Origin: Candidatus Omnitrophota bacterium
GTDB lineage: Bacteria; Omnitrophota; Gorgyraeia; Duberdicusellales; 4484-171
Direction of reading: 5' to 3'
Length of the DNA stretch: 64,000 nt
Assembly (NCBI GenBank): GCA_024231025.1
Contig: JAAEQW010000150.1
Span: 239 to 64,238 of the forward strand
How positions within the stretch are numbered: position 1 is the first letter of the stretch; every line of letters begins with the position of its first letter. A model generated the notes under the pieces. The model made no database searches. It saw only the letters and a program-made list of their open reading frames with translations, and was not told the DNA's origin. The position numbers and the translations under genes are program-made. Shown piece after piece: positions 10,002-19,797 of this stretch.

Positions 10002-11813
10002 ATGAAGCAATTTATGAAAGAATACTTTAAGCTTTTGGGGTTTGCCAAATCACACAGAGGACTCTTGTGCCTGGCTGCTGTTTGCATGGGTGTTTCTACG
10101 ATTTTTGAAGGAATTTCAATGGGGATGATTGTTCCTCTTTGCGACAGAATATTCACCGACAAGGTGATTATTATTCCCGGCAATTTGCCTAAATTTCTTG
10201 CTTCAATCATCGGTGTGTTTAATACCACAGAATCAGCGGTGCTGCTTAGTTACACAATATTTTTTGTGCCCGTGCTTTTTTTCTTTAAGGGTTTATTTAT
10301 GTACTTGCAAAACCTGCTAATGAATATGGTAGGTCAGGGGGTTGTGCGCCAAGTAAGGGATAAGCTCTATTCTAAGTTTCATGAGTTATCTTTAGATTTT
10401 TATGCTGATAAGCGTTCCGGTGAACTTATGTCGCGAATTACAAATGATGTTGCGTTCATTACTCATTCGTTGTCATATGCGTTGACCGATCTTATATACG
10501 AATCAATGCGAGCAATTGTTTTTGCGGTTATTGCCTTTTTCTTGGCCTTTAGCATTTCTTGGAGACTTCCGCTTTTTGCTTTTGTTATTTTTCCATTGAT
10601 AATGTTTCCGGTTTTAAGGATTGGCAAAAGAGTGAAGAAATTTTCAATTGTAATTCAAAAACGCATGGCAGATTTGAACTCACAACTTTCCGAGACTATT
10701 CAGGGCGCATATATCGTAAAAGCTTTTTGTAGAGAAAATTATGAGCTGGAGCGGTTCAAGCGAATAAATCATCAATATTATAAATTTATGATGAAAAACA
10801 TCAAAAGGATGATTATTCTTTCACCATTAACTGAGTTTATTGGTGTTACTAGTGCGATGGCAATAGTATGGATCGTTGGTAAAGAAGTTTTGGCTGGTCG
10901 TCTTTCTTTTGGCGTGTTCGGTTTGTTTTTAGGTGCTCTTTTATCAATCATACGTCCGATCAAAAAACTTTCTAATGTTCACGTAATCAATCAGCAAGCT
11001 TTAGCCGCTTCAAGCAGAATATATGATATTTTAGAAGAAAAATCAACCATTATGCAAAAGTCTGACGCTAAAGAGATCAGTGATTTAAACGATGCGATAG
11101 TCTTTGATAACGTTACATTTGCTTATGAAAATGAAGAGGTTTTGAAAAATATTAATCTTAATGTCAAAAAGGGTGAAGTTATTGCTTTAGTTGGTCATTC
11201 CGGTGCCGGCAAATCGACCTTGGTGGGTCTTTTACCGCGTCTTTATGACCCTAAAAAGGGGAAGATCACGATTGATGGAGTTGATTTGCGTGATTTAAAA
11301 ATAAAACCATTGCGAATGTTGATTTCCGTTGTTTCTCAGGAAATGGTGCTTTTCAACGCGACAGTAAAGGATAATATTGCTTATGGTAGGGTTGATGCAA
11401 CTCTTGATGAGATAAAAGAAGCAGCCAGAAAGGCATATGCGTTTGAATTTATCGAAAATCTGCCAAATGGATTTTCTACCGTTATCGGAGATCGTGGATT
11501 TAAGCTTTCCGGTGGAGAGCGTCAGAGAATCGCGATTGCTAGGGCAATCTTAAAGGATTCACCAGTTCTAATTCTCGATGAAGCGACCAGCCATCTTGAT
11601 TCTAAGTCAGAGCAGCTGATAAAAGAGGCTTTAAGCAATCTCATGAGAGGAAAAACCTCATTTGTTATTGCCCATCGGCTTTCTACGGTGCAAAAAGCTA
11701 ACAGAATAGCAGTTCTCGATAAGGGTCAAATTGTTGAGATTGGCCCCCACGATGATCTTCTTGTCCAAGATGCCTTTTATAAAAAATTGTATGATTTGCA
11801 GTTCAGCGCTTAG
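10002..11813 (+). CDS. msbA: ABC exporter, lipid A flippase MsbA-like
   Basis: TM domain plus GHSGAGKS, LSGGERQR, DEATS, AHRLST; adjacent to lipid A genes. Confidence 0.8.
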   Translation: MKQFMKEYFKLLGFAKSHRGLLCLAAVCMGVSTIFEGISMGMIVPLCDRIFTDKVIIIPGNLPKFLASIIGVFNTTESAVLLSYTIFFVPVLFFFKGLFMYLQNLLMNMVGQGVVRQVRDKLYSKFHELSLDFYADKRSGELMSRITNDVAFITHSLSYALTDLIYESMRAIVFAVIAFFLAFSISWRLPLFAFVIFPLIMFPVLRIGKRVKKFSIVIQKRMADLNSQLSETIQGAYIVKAFCRENYELERFKRINHQYYKFMMKNIKRMIILSPLTEFIGVTSAMAIVWIVGKEVLAGRLSFGVFGLFLGALLSIIRPIKKLSNVHVINQQALAASSRIYDILEEKSTIMQKSDAKEISDLNDAIVFDNVTFAYENEEVLKNINLNVKKGEVIALVGHSGAGKSTLVGLLPRLYDPKKGKITIDGVDLRDLKIKPLRMLISVVSQEMVLFNATVKDNIAYGRVDATLDEIKEAARKAYAFEFIENLPNGFSTVIGDRGFKLSGGERQRIAIARAILKDSPVLILDEATSHLDSKSEQLIKEALSNLMRGKTSFVIAHRLSTVQKANRIAVLDKGQIVEIGPHDDLLVQDAFYKKLYDLQFSA

Positions 11814-11861
11814 GGGTATTTTTGTCTGATTTTTATGGTAAAAATGGCGAAAAGAAGGGTA

Positions 11862-11889
11862 TTGCAAATATAAAGATATATGGTATACT
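11862..11889 (+). promoter_or_regulatory. Promoter of rpsB operon
   Basis: TTGCAA-N16-TATACT with extended TG. Confidence 0.6.
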
Positions 11890-11953
11890 TTTTGGACGTA
11901 TAAATCGAAACTGTATATTTATATACGTATAACATTAAGGAGGATTACAGGAA

Positions 11954-12748
11954 ATGGCGTTACCGGAAGCGATTAAGGATTTACTGGAAAATGGAGTGCA
12001 TTTTGGGCATTTGAGTAAGCATTGGAACCCGAGAATGAAAAGATTTATTTTCGGCAAGAAAAAGAACGTCTACGTTATCGATTTAGAAAAAACTGCTCAG
12101 GAGCTCGATAAAGCTAAAGATTTTGTTAGTTCGGTGGCCAAACGTGGTGGCAAGATTCTTTTTGTAGCCACTAAAAAACAGATCCGTCATTTAATAAAGG
12201 ACTTTGCTGTTGAATGTGATATGTCTTATGTGGTAGAAAGGTGGGTTGGAGGTTTTCTTACAAACTTTTCTACGGTAAGAACGCGAGTAAAAAAATATAT
12301 CGAGCTTTTAGAAAGAAAAGAAAGCGGCGATTTTGATAGGCTATCAGGTAAGGAAGTTTCTCGTCTCAATCGAGAGATCAATAAGATGGATAAGAATTAT
12401 CGAGGTGTTACGACTTTGGATGAATACCCAAAGTGTGTGATTGTGGTTGATCCCAAAAGAGAGGTTTCTTGTGTGCGTGAAGCGAATAGATTGTCAATAC
12501 CAGTTGTGGCGTTGATTGATACGGATGCTGATCCTGACGTTATCGACTATCCAATTCCTGGCAATGATGACGCGATAAAATCAGTAGGGTATGTAATTAA
12601 GGGGCTTGTTGAGGCAATTAAAGATGGCACAGAACAGGCTAAAGCAGTGGTCGCAGAAGAGTTGGCTGTACAAGAGAAAGCTGATCAAGAAGCCAACAAG
12701 GAGACACCTGTGAAGGAAGAAGAGAAGGTAGAGGGCGCTGAAAGTTAA
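11954..12748 (+). CDS. rpsB: 30S ribosomal protein S2
   Basis: GVHFGH, WNPRM, RWVGGFLTN, IPGNDDA. Confidence 0.98.
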   Translation: MALPEAIKDLLENGVHFGHLSKHWNPRMKRFIFGKKKNVYVIDLEKTAQELDKAKDFVSSVAKRGGKILFVATKKQIRHLIKDFAVECDMSYVVERWVGGFLTNFSTVRTRVKKYIELLERKESGDFDRLSGKEVSRLNREINKMDKNYRGVTTLDEYPKCVIVVDPKREVSCVREANRLSIPVVALIDTDADPDVIDYPIPGNDDAIKSVGYVIKGLVEAIKDGTEQAKAVVAEELAVQEKADQEANKETPVKEEEKVEGAES

Positions 12749-12767
12749 GTTGAAGGAGGAGAGTGCG

Positions 12768-13301
12768 ATGAGTTTGGATGCGATAAAAAGACTAAGAGAA
12801 TTAACATCGGTGGGAATTAATGAGTGCAAAAATGCCCTGGGTGAATCTGGTGGTGATTTTGATAAGGCGCTAGAAATTTTAAGAAGACGAGGCATTCAAG
12901 TTGCCGAAAAAAGAGGGGGTCGAACCGCTTCGCAAGGGCTAGTTGATGCATATGTGCATTTTGGTGGTAATCTTGGTGCGCTTGTGGAGATAAATTGTGA
13001 AACCGACTTTGTTGCTCGTACCGACGTATTTAAGAAATTTACCAGAGATGTTGCAATGCAAGTTGCGGCAGCCAATCCGAAGTATATTAAGCGCGAGGAT
13101 GTTCCCGCAAGTGAATTAGAAGGATTAAAAAATGCTGATGATTACATTAAGCAAGTATGTTTGTTTGAGCAATCATTTGTAAAAGATTCTAAACTTACCA
13201 TGAGTGATTATTTACGTGATGTTATTGCGCAAACGGGAGAGAACGTGGTAATCAGAAGGTTTACTCGTTTCTCTTTGGGGACAGGAGATGAACCCCGTTA
13301 A
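12768..13301 (+). CDS. tsf: Elongation factor Ts (short form)
   Basis: LRELT.VG, NCETDFVA; ATG after GGAGGAG; rpsB-tsf-pyrH-frr synteny. Confidence 0.95.
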   Translation: MSLDAIKRLRELTSVGINECKNALGESGGDFDKALEILRRRGIQVAEKRGGRTASQGLVDAYVHFGGNLGALVEINCETDFVARTDVFKKFTRDVAMQVAAANPKYIKREDVPASELEGLKNADDYIKQVCLFEQSFVKDSKLTMSDYLRDVIAQTGENVVIRRFTRFSLGTGDEPR

Positions 13302-13334
13302 GCCTCTCATAAAATATTTAGGAGGTCGGATAGG

Positions 13335-14051
13335 GTGAGAGCTAAATATAAAAGAATTCTTCTTAAATTGAGCGGCGAAGCTTTCCTAGGAGATGAACCG
13401 CACGGCATCGATACAGGTGTTTGTTCACATCTTGCAGATCAAATCAAAGAAATATTAGAATTGGGTTTAGAGATAGCCCTGGTTGTTGGTGGTGGGAATA
13501 TCTTTCGCGGGGCACCTCGTTCAAAAGACTTTGAAATGGAACGCACGGTTGCTGATTATATGGGGATGCTCGCGACGGTTTTAAATGGATTAGCCTTGCA
13601 AAATGCCTTAGAACATAAAGGTGTTTCTTCAAGGGTAATGACTGAGATTCAGATGCATCAGATTGCCGAGCCGTACATTCGTCGTCGAGCGATTAGGCAC
13701 CTAGAGAAGAAGAGAGTAGTTATATTTGTTGGAGGAACAGGCAATCCTTATTTTACTACCGATACGGCTGCTGCTTTAAAGAGTGCGGAGATTGGTGCTG
13801 ACATCTTGCTTAAAGCAACTAAGGTAGGCGGTGTTTATTCGGCTGATCCGGTAAAGGAAAAGGATGCCAAATTATTTAAAGAATTAAGCTATAAAGATGT
13901 TATAAATAAAGACTTAAAAGTTATGGATTTTACAGCCATTACTATGTGCATGGAAAATAACTTACCGATAAATGTTTTCAATTTTATGGAAAAAGGTAAT
14001 TTAAAAAAAGTAGTATTGGGAACAAGCATCGGAACTCTTATCCAAAAATAA
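13335..14051 (+). CDS. pyrH: UMP kinase
   Basis: LKLSGE, GGGNIFRG, DYMGMLAT, GNPYFTTD. Confidence 0.97.
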   Translation: MRAKYKRILLKLSGEAFLGDEPHGIDTGVCSHLADQIKEILELGLEIALVVGGGNIFRGAPRSKDFEMERTVADYMGMLATVLNGLALQNALEHKGVSSRVMTEIQMHQIAEPYIRRRAIRHLEKKRVVIFVGGTGNPYFTTDTAAALKSAEIGADILLKATKVGGVYSADPVKEKDAKLFKELSYKDVINKDLKVMDFTAITMCMENNLPINVFNFMEKGNLKKVVLGTSIGTLIQK

Positions 14052-14066
14052 TCTGGGGAGAACATT

Positions 14067-14627
14067 ATGCTTTCTAAAGAAATTTTAAAAGAAGCCGGCG
14101 AGTCCATGCAAAAAGCGATTAACGCAACCAAAAGAGAATTCTCTGAATTGCGTTCTGGCAGAGCCAATCCAAAAATGGTGGAAGGTCTTAGGGTTGATTA
14201 TTACGGTACTCCGACAATGCTGAAAGAAATTGCAGCGATTGGTGTTCCTGAGGCGAAGATGGTTGTGATAAATCCGTGGGATCCTTCAGCGGTTAAGGAA
14301 ATAGAGAAAGCTATTTTGCAATCCGAATTAGGAATTACTCCAATTACCGACGGAAAAATCATAAGATTGATTGTTCCACCGCTTTCTGAGGAACGTAGGA
14401 AAGATTTAATAAAAATAGTAAAAAAAGTTGCCGAAGAAGGCAAGGTTTCAATCCGTACGGTTCGTAGAGACTATAAGGAACGTGTAAAAGTTTTAGAAAA
14501 AGATAAAAAAATTTCTGAAGATGAGCGCTTTAAGGCTGAAGATGACCTTCAGAAACTTACAGATAATTGCATTAAAGATCTCGATAAGCTTTCAGAAGAT
14601 AAAGAAAAAGAGTTAAGAGAGTTTTAG
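14067..14627 (+). CDS. frr: Ribosome recycling factor
   Basis: RSGRANP, YYGTPT, PPLSEERR. Confidence 0.97.
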   Translation: MLSKEILKEAGESMQKAINATKREFSELRSGRANPKMVEGLRVDYYGTPTMLKEIAAIGVPEAKMVVINPWDPSAVKEIEKAILQSELGITPITDGKIIRLIVPPLSEERRKDLIKIVKKVAEEGKVSIRTVRRDYKERVKVLEKDKKISEDERFKAEDDLQKLTDNCIKDLDKLSEDKEKELREF

Positions 14628-14829
14628 AGCAGTCATTGATAATTAGATTAGTAATGGATTGAGCCGCTAGCTTCCGCCGTCGTTCTTCGAACTTTGGCGG
14701 ATTAATTCAGCTATACACTTTTTCTTCGTGCTGCTCGAAAAAGTGTAAGTTTCATTGAACAGTTGGCTTGCTGGTTTGCGATAGAGCAGTCATTGATAAT
14801 TAGATTAGTAATGGATTGAGCCGCTAGCT
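14625..14829 (+). repeat. Exact 48-bp direct repeat (14625-14672 / 14782-14829) including the first 12 nt of tRNA-Lys
   Basis: TAGAGCAGTCATTGATAATTAGATTAGTAATGGATTGAGCCGCTAGCT occurs twice; the 109-bp spacer holds two hairpins. Confidence 0.92.
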
Positions 14830-14893
14830 CAGTTGGCAGAGCACCGCCCTTTTAAGGCGGGTGTCCCGGGTTCGAGCCTCGGGCGGCTCACCA
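14818..14893 (+). tRNA. tRNA-Lys(TTT)
   Basis: GAGCCGC acceptor / GCGGCTC-ACCA; anticodon arm CCGCC-CTTTTAA-GGCGG; GGTTCGAG T-loop. Confidence 0.97.
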
Positions 14894-14898
14894 TTTAA

Positions 14899-14980
14899 GC
14901 GGATGTGGCGGAATTGGCAGACGCGCTAGACTTAGGATCTAGTCTTTTACGAGGTGGGAGTTCAACTCTCCCCATCCGCA
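14899..14980 (+). tRNA. tRNA-Leu(TAG), CCA not encoded
   Basis: GCGGATG / CATCCGC-A; anticodon arm CTAGA-CTTAGGA-TCTAG; long variable arm. Confidence 0.95.
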
Positions 14981-14981
14981 T

Positions 14982-15042
14982 TTGAATTTTGAATCGGTTG
15001 TTTAGCAATTCATAATTCACAATTGATAATTCATAATTGAAT
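14982..15042. repeat. Short degenerate heptamer array (TTGAATT.../AATTCAT) between tRNAs
   Basis: aattcat aattcac aattgat aattcat aattga. Confidence 0.6.
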
Positions 15043-15046
15043 ATTC

Positions 15047-15123
15047 GCGGGCGTAGCTCAATCGGCTAGAGCGTCACGTTGCCAACGTGAAGGTTAGGGG
15101 TTCGATTCCCCCCGCCCGCTCCA
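15047..15123 (+). tRNA. tRNA-Gly(GCC)
   Basis: GCGGGCG / CGCCCGC-TCCA; anticodon arm TCACG-TTGCCAA-CGTGA. Confidence 0.97.
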
Positions 15124-15176
15124 TGCGTCAGTTTAAAACTATCGGTATGTTCTGGTGAGTATTGTGTTGTTTTTTT

Positions 15177-15656
15177 ATGGATATTAATATTCTTAATTAC
15201 CTCGATAAAGATAGTATAGTTTTTGATTTTAAGGATAAAAGCAAAAGAGTGATTTTTTCATCACTGCTCGATCATCTTATTCTTAAGAAAAAGATTGCCA
15301 AGCGCGACAAAAATTCAATCATCAGAGCACTTATCCAACGAGAAGATATGGGATCAACTGCCATTGGTGGCCACATCGCTTTTCCTCATACCCGTGTAGC
15401 TTCTGTTAAAAAAGTGGTTCTTTGCCTTGCGGTATCAAATCGGGGCATTGAATTTGATGCCTTAGATCAGGAACCGGTTAACATTGTTCTCTTATTGCTT
15501 TCAAACAATAAAGAGGCAGGGTTGCACCTTAAAATGCTTGCATTCTTGGCACGTTTGTTGAGAGATAAATATTTTGTTCAACAATTGAAGAATGCAAAAA
15601 AATCAGAGGAAGTTCTTCGGTTGATCAACAAACAACAACAGGCGGTAAAACACTAA
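15177..15656 (+). CDS. PTS EIIA (Ntr/Fru-type) protein
   Basis: REDMGSTAIG..IAFPH, FDALD..PV, HLKMLA. Confidence 0.88.
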   Translation: MDINILNYLDKDSIVFDFKDKSKRVIFSSLLDHLILKKKIAKRDKNSIIRALIQREDMGSTAIGGHIAFPHTRVASVKKVVLCLAVSNRGIEFDALDQEPVNIVLLLLSNNKEAGLHLKMLAFLARLLRDKYFVQQLKNAKKSEEVLRLINKQQQAVKH

Positions 15657-15662
15657 GCACTT

Positions 15663-16907
15663 ATGAAAAAGTTTTTTAAATTCATTCGATGGTTTTATCC
15701 GGGTTTAAGAATTAAGCGTTGGGTTATTGTTCTTGTAATCGGATTGCTTTTGCTTTTGGGGTCATCTTCCAGTTCTAAGGATATATTATTGTGGAAAATA
15801 GTTAATACTTTTATATTTATCCTTGGTGCCGGCGCATTGATTACCGGAACAGCTTTTTTAATAAAAAGTTTTATTGAAGTGATCTATCCGCATAAGGAAA
15901 AAGGATTGATTGATATAATTTACGAAAAAAGATTTCTGGCCAAGGGCCCTAAGATTGTTGCCATTGGTGGAGGAACCGGGCTTTCTACGATTCTAGAAGG
16001 ATTAAAGAGCTATACTTCGAATATTTCCGCAATAGTTGCGGTAGCTGATGAAGGTGGATCTTCAGGCAGAATTAGAGAAGAATTTGGAATTTTGCCACCT
16101 GGAGATATACGGAATTGTCTAGTTTCTCTTTCCGATTCTCCTCAGCTTATGCGGGATTTATTTCAGTATCGCTTTAAAGAAGGCGGAGGAATGAAGGGGC
16201 ATAGCTTTGGCAATCTTTTCATTACTGCTTTGACTGAAGTTACCGGAAGTTTTAAAGATGCAGTTGAAGAATCAAGTAAAGTTTTAGCGATTAGAGGGCG
16301 GGTTATTCCGTCTAGTTTAGATGAAATACGGCTCAAGGCTGAATATAGAGATGGGACTACTCAAGATGGAGAAGATAAAATTCCTGATGTGGCAAAGCCG
16401 ATAAAAAAAATATTCCTTATGCCTAGCGATGCTCAACCTAATCCGGAAGCGTTAGACGCAATAAGAGAGGCAGAGATGATTGTGTTTGGGCCAGGGAGTT
16501 TGTTTACGAGTATTATTCCCAATCTCTTAATAAAAGAAATAAGTGATGAAATTGTCAAAAGAGATGTGTTAAAAGTGTATATTTGCAATGTAATGACTCA
16601 GCATGGCGAAACAGATGGTTTTACTTCAGCGGATCACCTCTCAATGTTTATGGAGCATGTTGATAAAGGAGTTGTTAACTGCTGCCTAGTTAATTCAGGG
16701 GGGCTAAAACATAAGCTATTGTTTAAATATGCCCAAGAAGGATCTTTTCCGGTTATCTTTGACAGGGAGCGGTTGAAAAGAATGGGGGTAACTGTTTTTG
16801 ATGGTGACGTTGTAAGTAAAAGCAATTACCTTCGTCATGATTCAGAAAAAGTTGGTAAAAAGATAGTTAATATTTACAACGAATGGAAAAAGACATGGAA
16901 AGAATAG
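15663..16907 (+). CDS. yvcK: Gluconeogenesis factor YvcK/GlmR family with N-terminal TM helices
   Basis: IGGGTGLS, DEGGSSG, PPGDIRN, GHSFGNL, GPGSLFTS, RHD. Confidence 0.9.
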   Translation: MKKFFKFIRWFYPGLRIKRWVIVLVIGLLLLLGSSSSSKDILLWKIVNTFIFILGAGALITGTAFLIKSFIEVIYPHKEKGLIDIIYEKRFLAKGPKIVAIGGGTGLSTILEGLKSYTSNISAIVAVADEGGSSGRIREEFGILPPGDIRNCLVSLSDSPQLMRDLFQYRFKEGGGMKGHSFGNLFITALTEVTGSFKDAVEESSKVLAIRGRVIPSSLDEIRLKAEYRDGTTQDGEDKIPDVAKPIKKIFLMPSDAQPNPEALDAIREAEMIVFGPGSLFTSIIPNLLIKEISDEIVKRDVLKVYICNVMTQHGETDGFTSADHLSMFMEHVDKGVVNCCLVNSGGLKHKLLFKYAQEGSFPVIFDRERLKRMGVTVFDGDVVSKSNYLRHDSEKVGKKIVNIYNEWKKTWKE

Positions 16908-17161
16908 AAAGCCAAATTATAGTCAATAGTAACCATGGCTTGCATGCGCGTCCGGCAGCGGTTTTTGTTCAGATTGCCAATAAGTTTGATTCTAAAGTTT
17001 CTCTTGCTAAAGATGGCGAGTGTGTAGATGGCAAGTCAATAATTGCTATATTGAGTTTAGGAATAAATAGAGGGGCACAAGTTAGCTTGATCGCAGAAGG
17101 GCGAGACGCTAAAGAAACGGCAGATGAGTTAAGAAAATTTTTGGAGAGCAATAATGATTAA
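16895..17161 (+). CDS. ptsH: Phosphocarrier protein HPr
   Basis: GLHARPAA (His15) and DGKSI (Ser46) motifs. Confidence 0.95.
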   Translation: MERIESQIIVNSNHGLHARPAAVFVQIANKFDSKVSLAKDGECVDGKSIIAILSLGINRGAQVSLIAEGRDAKETADELRKFLESNND

Positions 17162-18911
17162 TTTGCAAGGCGTTGCTGCTGCTGGTGGTATAGCAATTGG
17201 AAAAGTTTTCTATTTGGGAAAAGAAGAATTTGTGATACCTAAGCATAGAATAACGCATGAGGATATTTCTCGTGAAATATATCGGCTTGAAGAATCATTA
17301 ATTGATACTCGTCGAGAGATATCTTCTTTGCAGAAGAGAATTGCTAAAGAGTTTGGTTTTGATCATGCCAAGATTTTCGAAGCGCACCTTTTGGTTTTGG
17401 AAGACAGAGTCTTAATAGAAGATGTTATTCAGCAGATTAAAGATAAAAAAATAAATATCGAATATGCTTTTTCCCAGAGCATTAAGAAGTATGTAAATAT
17501 TTTGTTGAAACTCAATGATGATTATCTTCGTGAGCGCGTGATCGACATTGAAGATGTCTCGCGCAGAGTTATGAGCAAACTTCTAAAACAGAAGGAAGTT
17601 AATTTAAGAGATTTAGATGAAAAAGTTGTTGTAGTTTCTCATGATCTTCCACCATCTCAAACTGCTAATCTACCAAAAGAAAAGATTATGGGCTTTGTTA
17701 CCGATGTTGGTGGTCGCACCTCGCATACGGCAATTATCGCCAGAAGCCTTGGTATTCCAGCAGTAGTTGGCACCGAAGTCGCTACAAAAAACGTAAAGTC
17801 CGGAGATGTGATTATAATTGACGGTTCTCTTGGGCAAGTTTTTGTAAATCCGCCAGAGAAAATTATTCGCGAATATAAAGAAAAGCTAGTTAAGTATAAA
17901 AAAGAAATAGAGATTGCCCATGTGCCCCGAGCGTTGAAAGCTTGCACAAAAGATAAAAAAGAAATAGTAGTTTCAGCTAATGTAGAATTGCCAGAAGAGT
18001 TGCCTCTGGTTGTTCAATCTGGAGCAGAAGGGATCGGTCTTTATCGCACAGAATTTATCTTTTTAGGCCGTCGTGATTTGCCAACGGAAGACGAACAATA
18101 CAAGGCATATTTAACAGTAGCGAAAAAGGTGAAGCCTAATTCGGTAATTATTAGAACAATTGATATTGGCGGAGATAAATTTCTTTCTCGGCCGGAAGTT
18201 CCCGCTGAATTAAGTCCATTTTTAGGGTGGCGGGCAATAAGATTTTGCCTTGCACGCCCAGAGCTTTTTAAAACTCAACTTAGAGCGATCTTGCGAGCGT
18301 CAACTGAAAAAAATATAAAGGTTATGTTTCCAATGATTTCCGGTATCGAAGAGTTGCGTGAAGCCAAAAAGCTCTTAGAGGAATCTAAAAAGGAACTTAA
18401 GAAAGAAGGCAAGAAATTTGATGATAAAATCTCTGTTGGAACGATGATCGAGGTTCCCTCAGCGGCACTAACCGCAGATTCGTTAGCTCGCGAAAGCGAT
18501 TTTTTCAGCATTGGGACCAATGATTTAATACAATATTCTTTAGCGGTTGACCGTGCTAATGAAAAAGTGGCATATCTTTATGAGCCTGGTCATCCGGCAG
18601 TATTGCGATTGATAAAAAGTGTTATTGAAAGTGCGCATAAAAATAAAATATGGGTAGGTATGTGCGGTGAGATGGCGGGCGAACCTCTTTTTGCGTTTTT
18701 ACTTATAGGTTTTGGGTTGGATGAATTTAGTATGCCACCGCCTTGCGTTCCTAAGGTTAAAGAATTAATTAGAAACATCAAATTTAAAGATGTAGAGAAA
18801 ATATCCCAGAAAGTGATAGATCTTGCAACTGCTAGGGAAGTGGAAAAGTATTTACAGGAAGAAGCGCGAAAGATCTTAAAAGATGATTTTGAGCGCATTA
18901 TAATGCGATAA
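17154..18911 (+). CDS. ptsI: PEP-protein phosphotransferase, enzyme I
   Basis: GGRTSHTAI, GIGLYRTE, GWRAIR, SIGTNDL.QY, GMCGEMAG. Confidence 0.96.
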   Translation: MINLQGVAAAGGIAIGKVFYLGKEEFVIPKHRITHEDISREIYRLEESLIDTRREISSLQKRIAKEFGFDHAKIFEAHLLVLEDRVLIEDVIQQIKDKKINIEYAFSQSIKKYVNILLKLNDDYLRERVIDIEDVSRRVMSKLLKQKEVNLRDLDEKVVVVSHDLPPSQTANLPKEKIMGFVTDVGGRTSHTAIIARSLGIPAVVGTEVATKNVKSGDVIIIDGSLGQVFVNPPEKIIREYKEKLVKYKKEIEIAHVPRALKACTKDKKEIVVSANVELPEELPLVVQSGAEGIGLYRTEFIFLGRRDLPTEDEQYKAYLTVAKKVKPNSVIIRTIDIGGDKFLSRPEVPAELSPFLGWRAIRFCLARPELFKTQLRAILRASTEKNIKVMFPMISGIEELREAKKLLEESKKELKKEGKKFDDKISVGTMIEVPSAALTADSLARESDFFSIGTNDLIQYSLAVDRANEKVAYLYEPGHPAVLRLIKSVIESAHKNKIWVGMCGEMAGEPLFAFLLIGFGLDEFSMPPPCVPKVKELIRNIKFKDVEKISQKVIDLATAREVEKYLQEEARKILKDDFERIIMR

Positions 18912-18914
18912 AAT

Positions 18915-19670
18915 ATGCGAGTAATAATTCTTGCAGGTGGTTACGGAACAAGATTGTATCCTTTAACAATTAATCTTCCCAAGCCTCTGATCCCCATAAA
19001 CGGAAAGCCGATAATTAATTTCTTATTGGATAAAGTTGAAAGATTGCGTGAAAATTTTACGGTTACTGATATAAGAATTGTTTCGAATAATAAATTTTCT
19101 AAAAAGTTCTTATCTTGGCAGAAACGCTATTGTCTTAAGGTTAACGTTCTTAATGACGGATCTAACACCGTTGAGGATCGCCTGGGAGCAGTCGGTGACA
19201 TTAAGTTTGCTATCGGTAGAAAAAAGGGTGATTGGCTGGTTATTGGCGGTGATAATTTGTTTGAAGATGATTTATCCAATTTTCTAAAATTTGCACTTAA
19301 GAATAAACCCTATCCTTGTGTGGGGTTGTATGATTTAGGAAATAAATCTATTGCTTCTCGTTATGGGGTGGTAAAAATTAATAGCAAAAAAAGAATAGAG
19401 AAGCTCGTTGAAAAACCGACGAAACCGGCATCTAGCTTAATAGCAAGTTGTGTGTATTTTTTTCCTGAAGAATCATTAAGTTTTCTTGATAATTATCTAA
19501 AAGAAACTAATGCCTGTGATGCTGCCGGAGGGTATATATCTTGGTTGGTTAGCAGGACGAAAGTTTTTGGTTACACCTTTAAAGGGCGTTGGCTTGATGT
19601 TGGACATAAGGATTCTTTGAAGCTTGCACAGAGTAGCTTTATGAATAACCAAGATGCAATAATCAAATAA
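18915..19670 (+). CDS. Sugar-phosphate nucleotidyltransferase family protein
   Basis: LAGGYGTRLYPLT..PKPL, GGDN, EKP, WLDVG. Confidence 0.85.
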   Translation: MRVIILAGGYGTRLYPLTINLPKPLIPINGKPIINFLLDKVERLRENFTVTDIRIVSNNKFSKKFLSWQKRYCLKVNVLNDGSNTVEDRLGAVGDIKFAIGRKKGDWLVIGGDNLFEDDLSNFLKFALKNKPYPCVGLYDLGNKSIASRYGVVKINSKKRIEKLVEKPTKPASSLIASCVYFFPEESLSFLDNYLKETNACDAAGGYISWLVSRTKVFGYTFKGRWLDVGHKDSLKLAQSSFMNNQDAIIK

Positions 19671-19780
19671 TAACCAATTACCAAATTAGAATAATCAAAT
19701 CGTTTGGTTATTGGTTTTTGTAATTTGTTTGCCTGACCGCCGGCAGGCGGGTATCTTGTAGCTTGGTAATTGGTGTTTTA
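19644..19780. repeat. Inverted-arm AATAACC/GGTTATT repeat element with nested GC palindrome
   Basis: Left arm rich in CAA/AATAACC, right arm rich in TTG/GGTTATT; GCCTGACCGCCGGCAGGC at 19731-19748; related to 39836-39972 in opposite orientation. Confidence 0.8.
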
Positions 19781-19797
19781 ATAGATAGGGGGTAAAA

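Noticed and set aside
14625-14829. Prophage or genomic island attL/attR at tRNA-Lys
   Set aside because: Only 109 bp lie between the repeats, there is no integrase, and the repeat covers the 5' flank rather than the usual 3' end. Kept only as a duplication finding.
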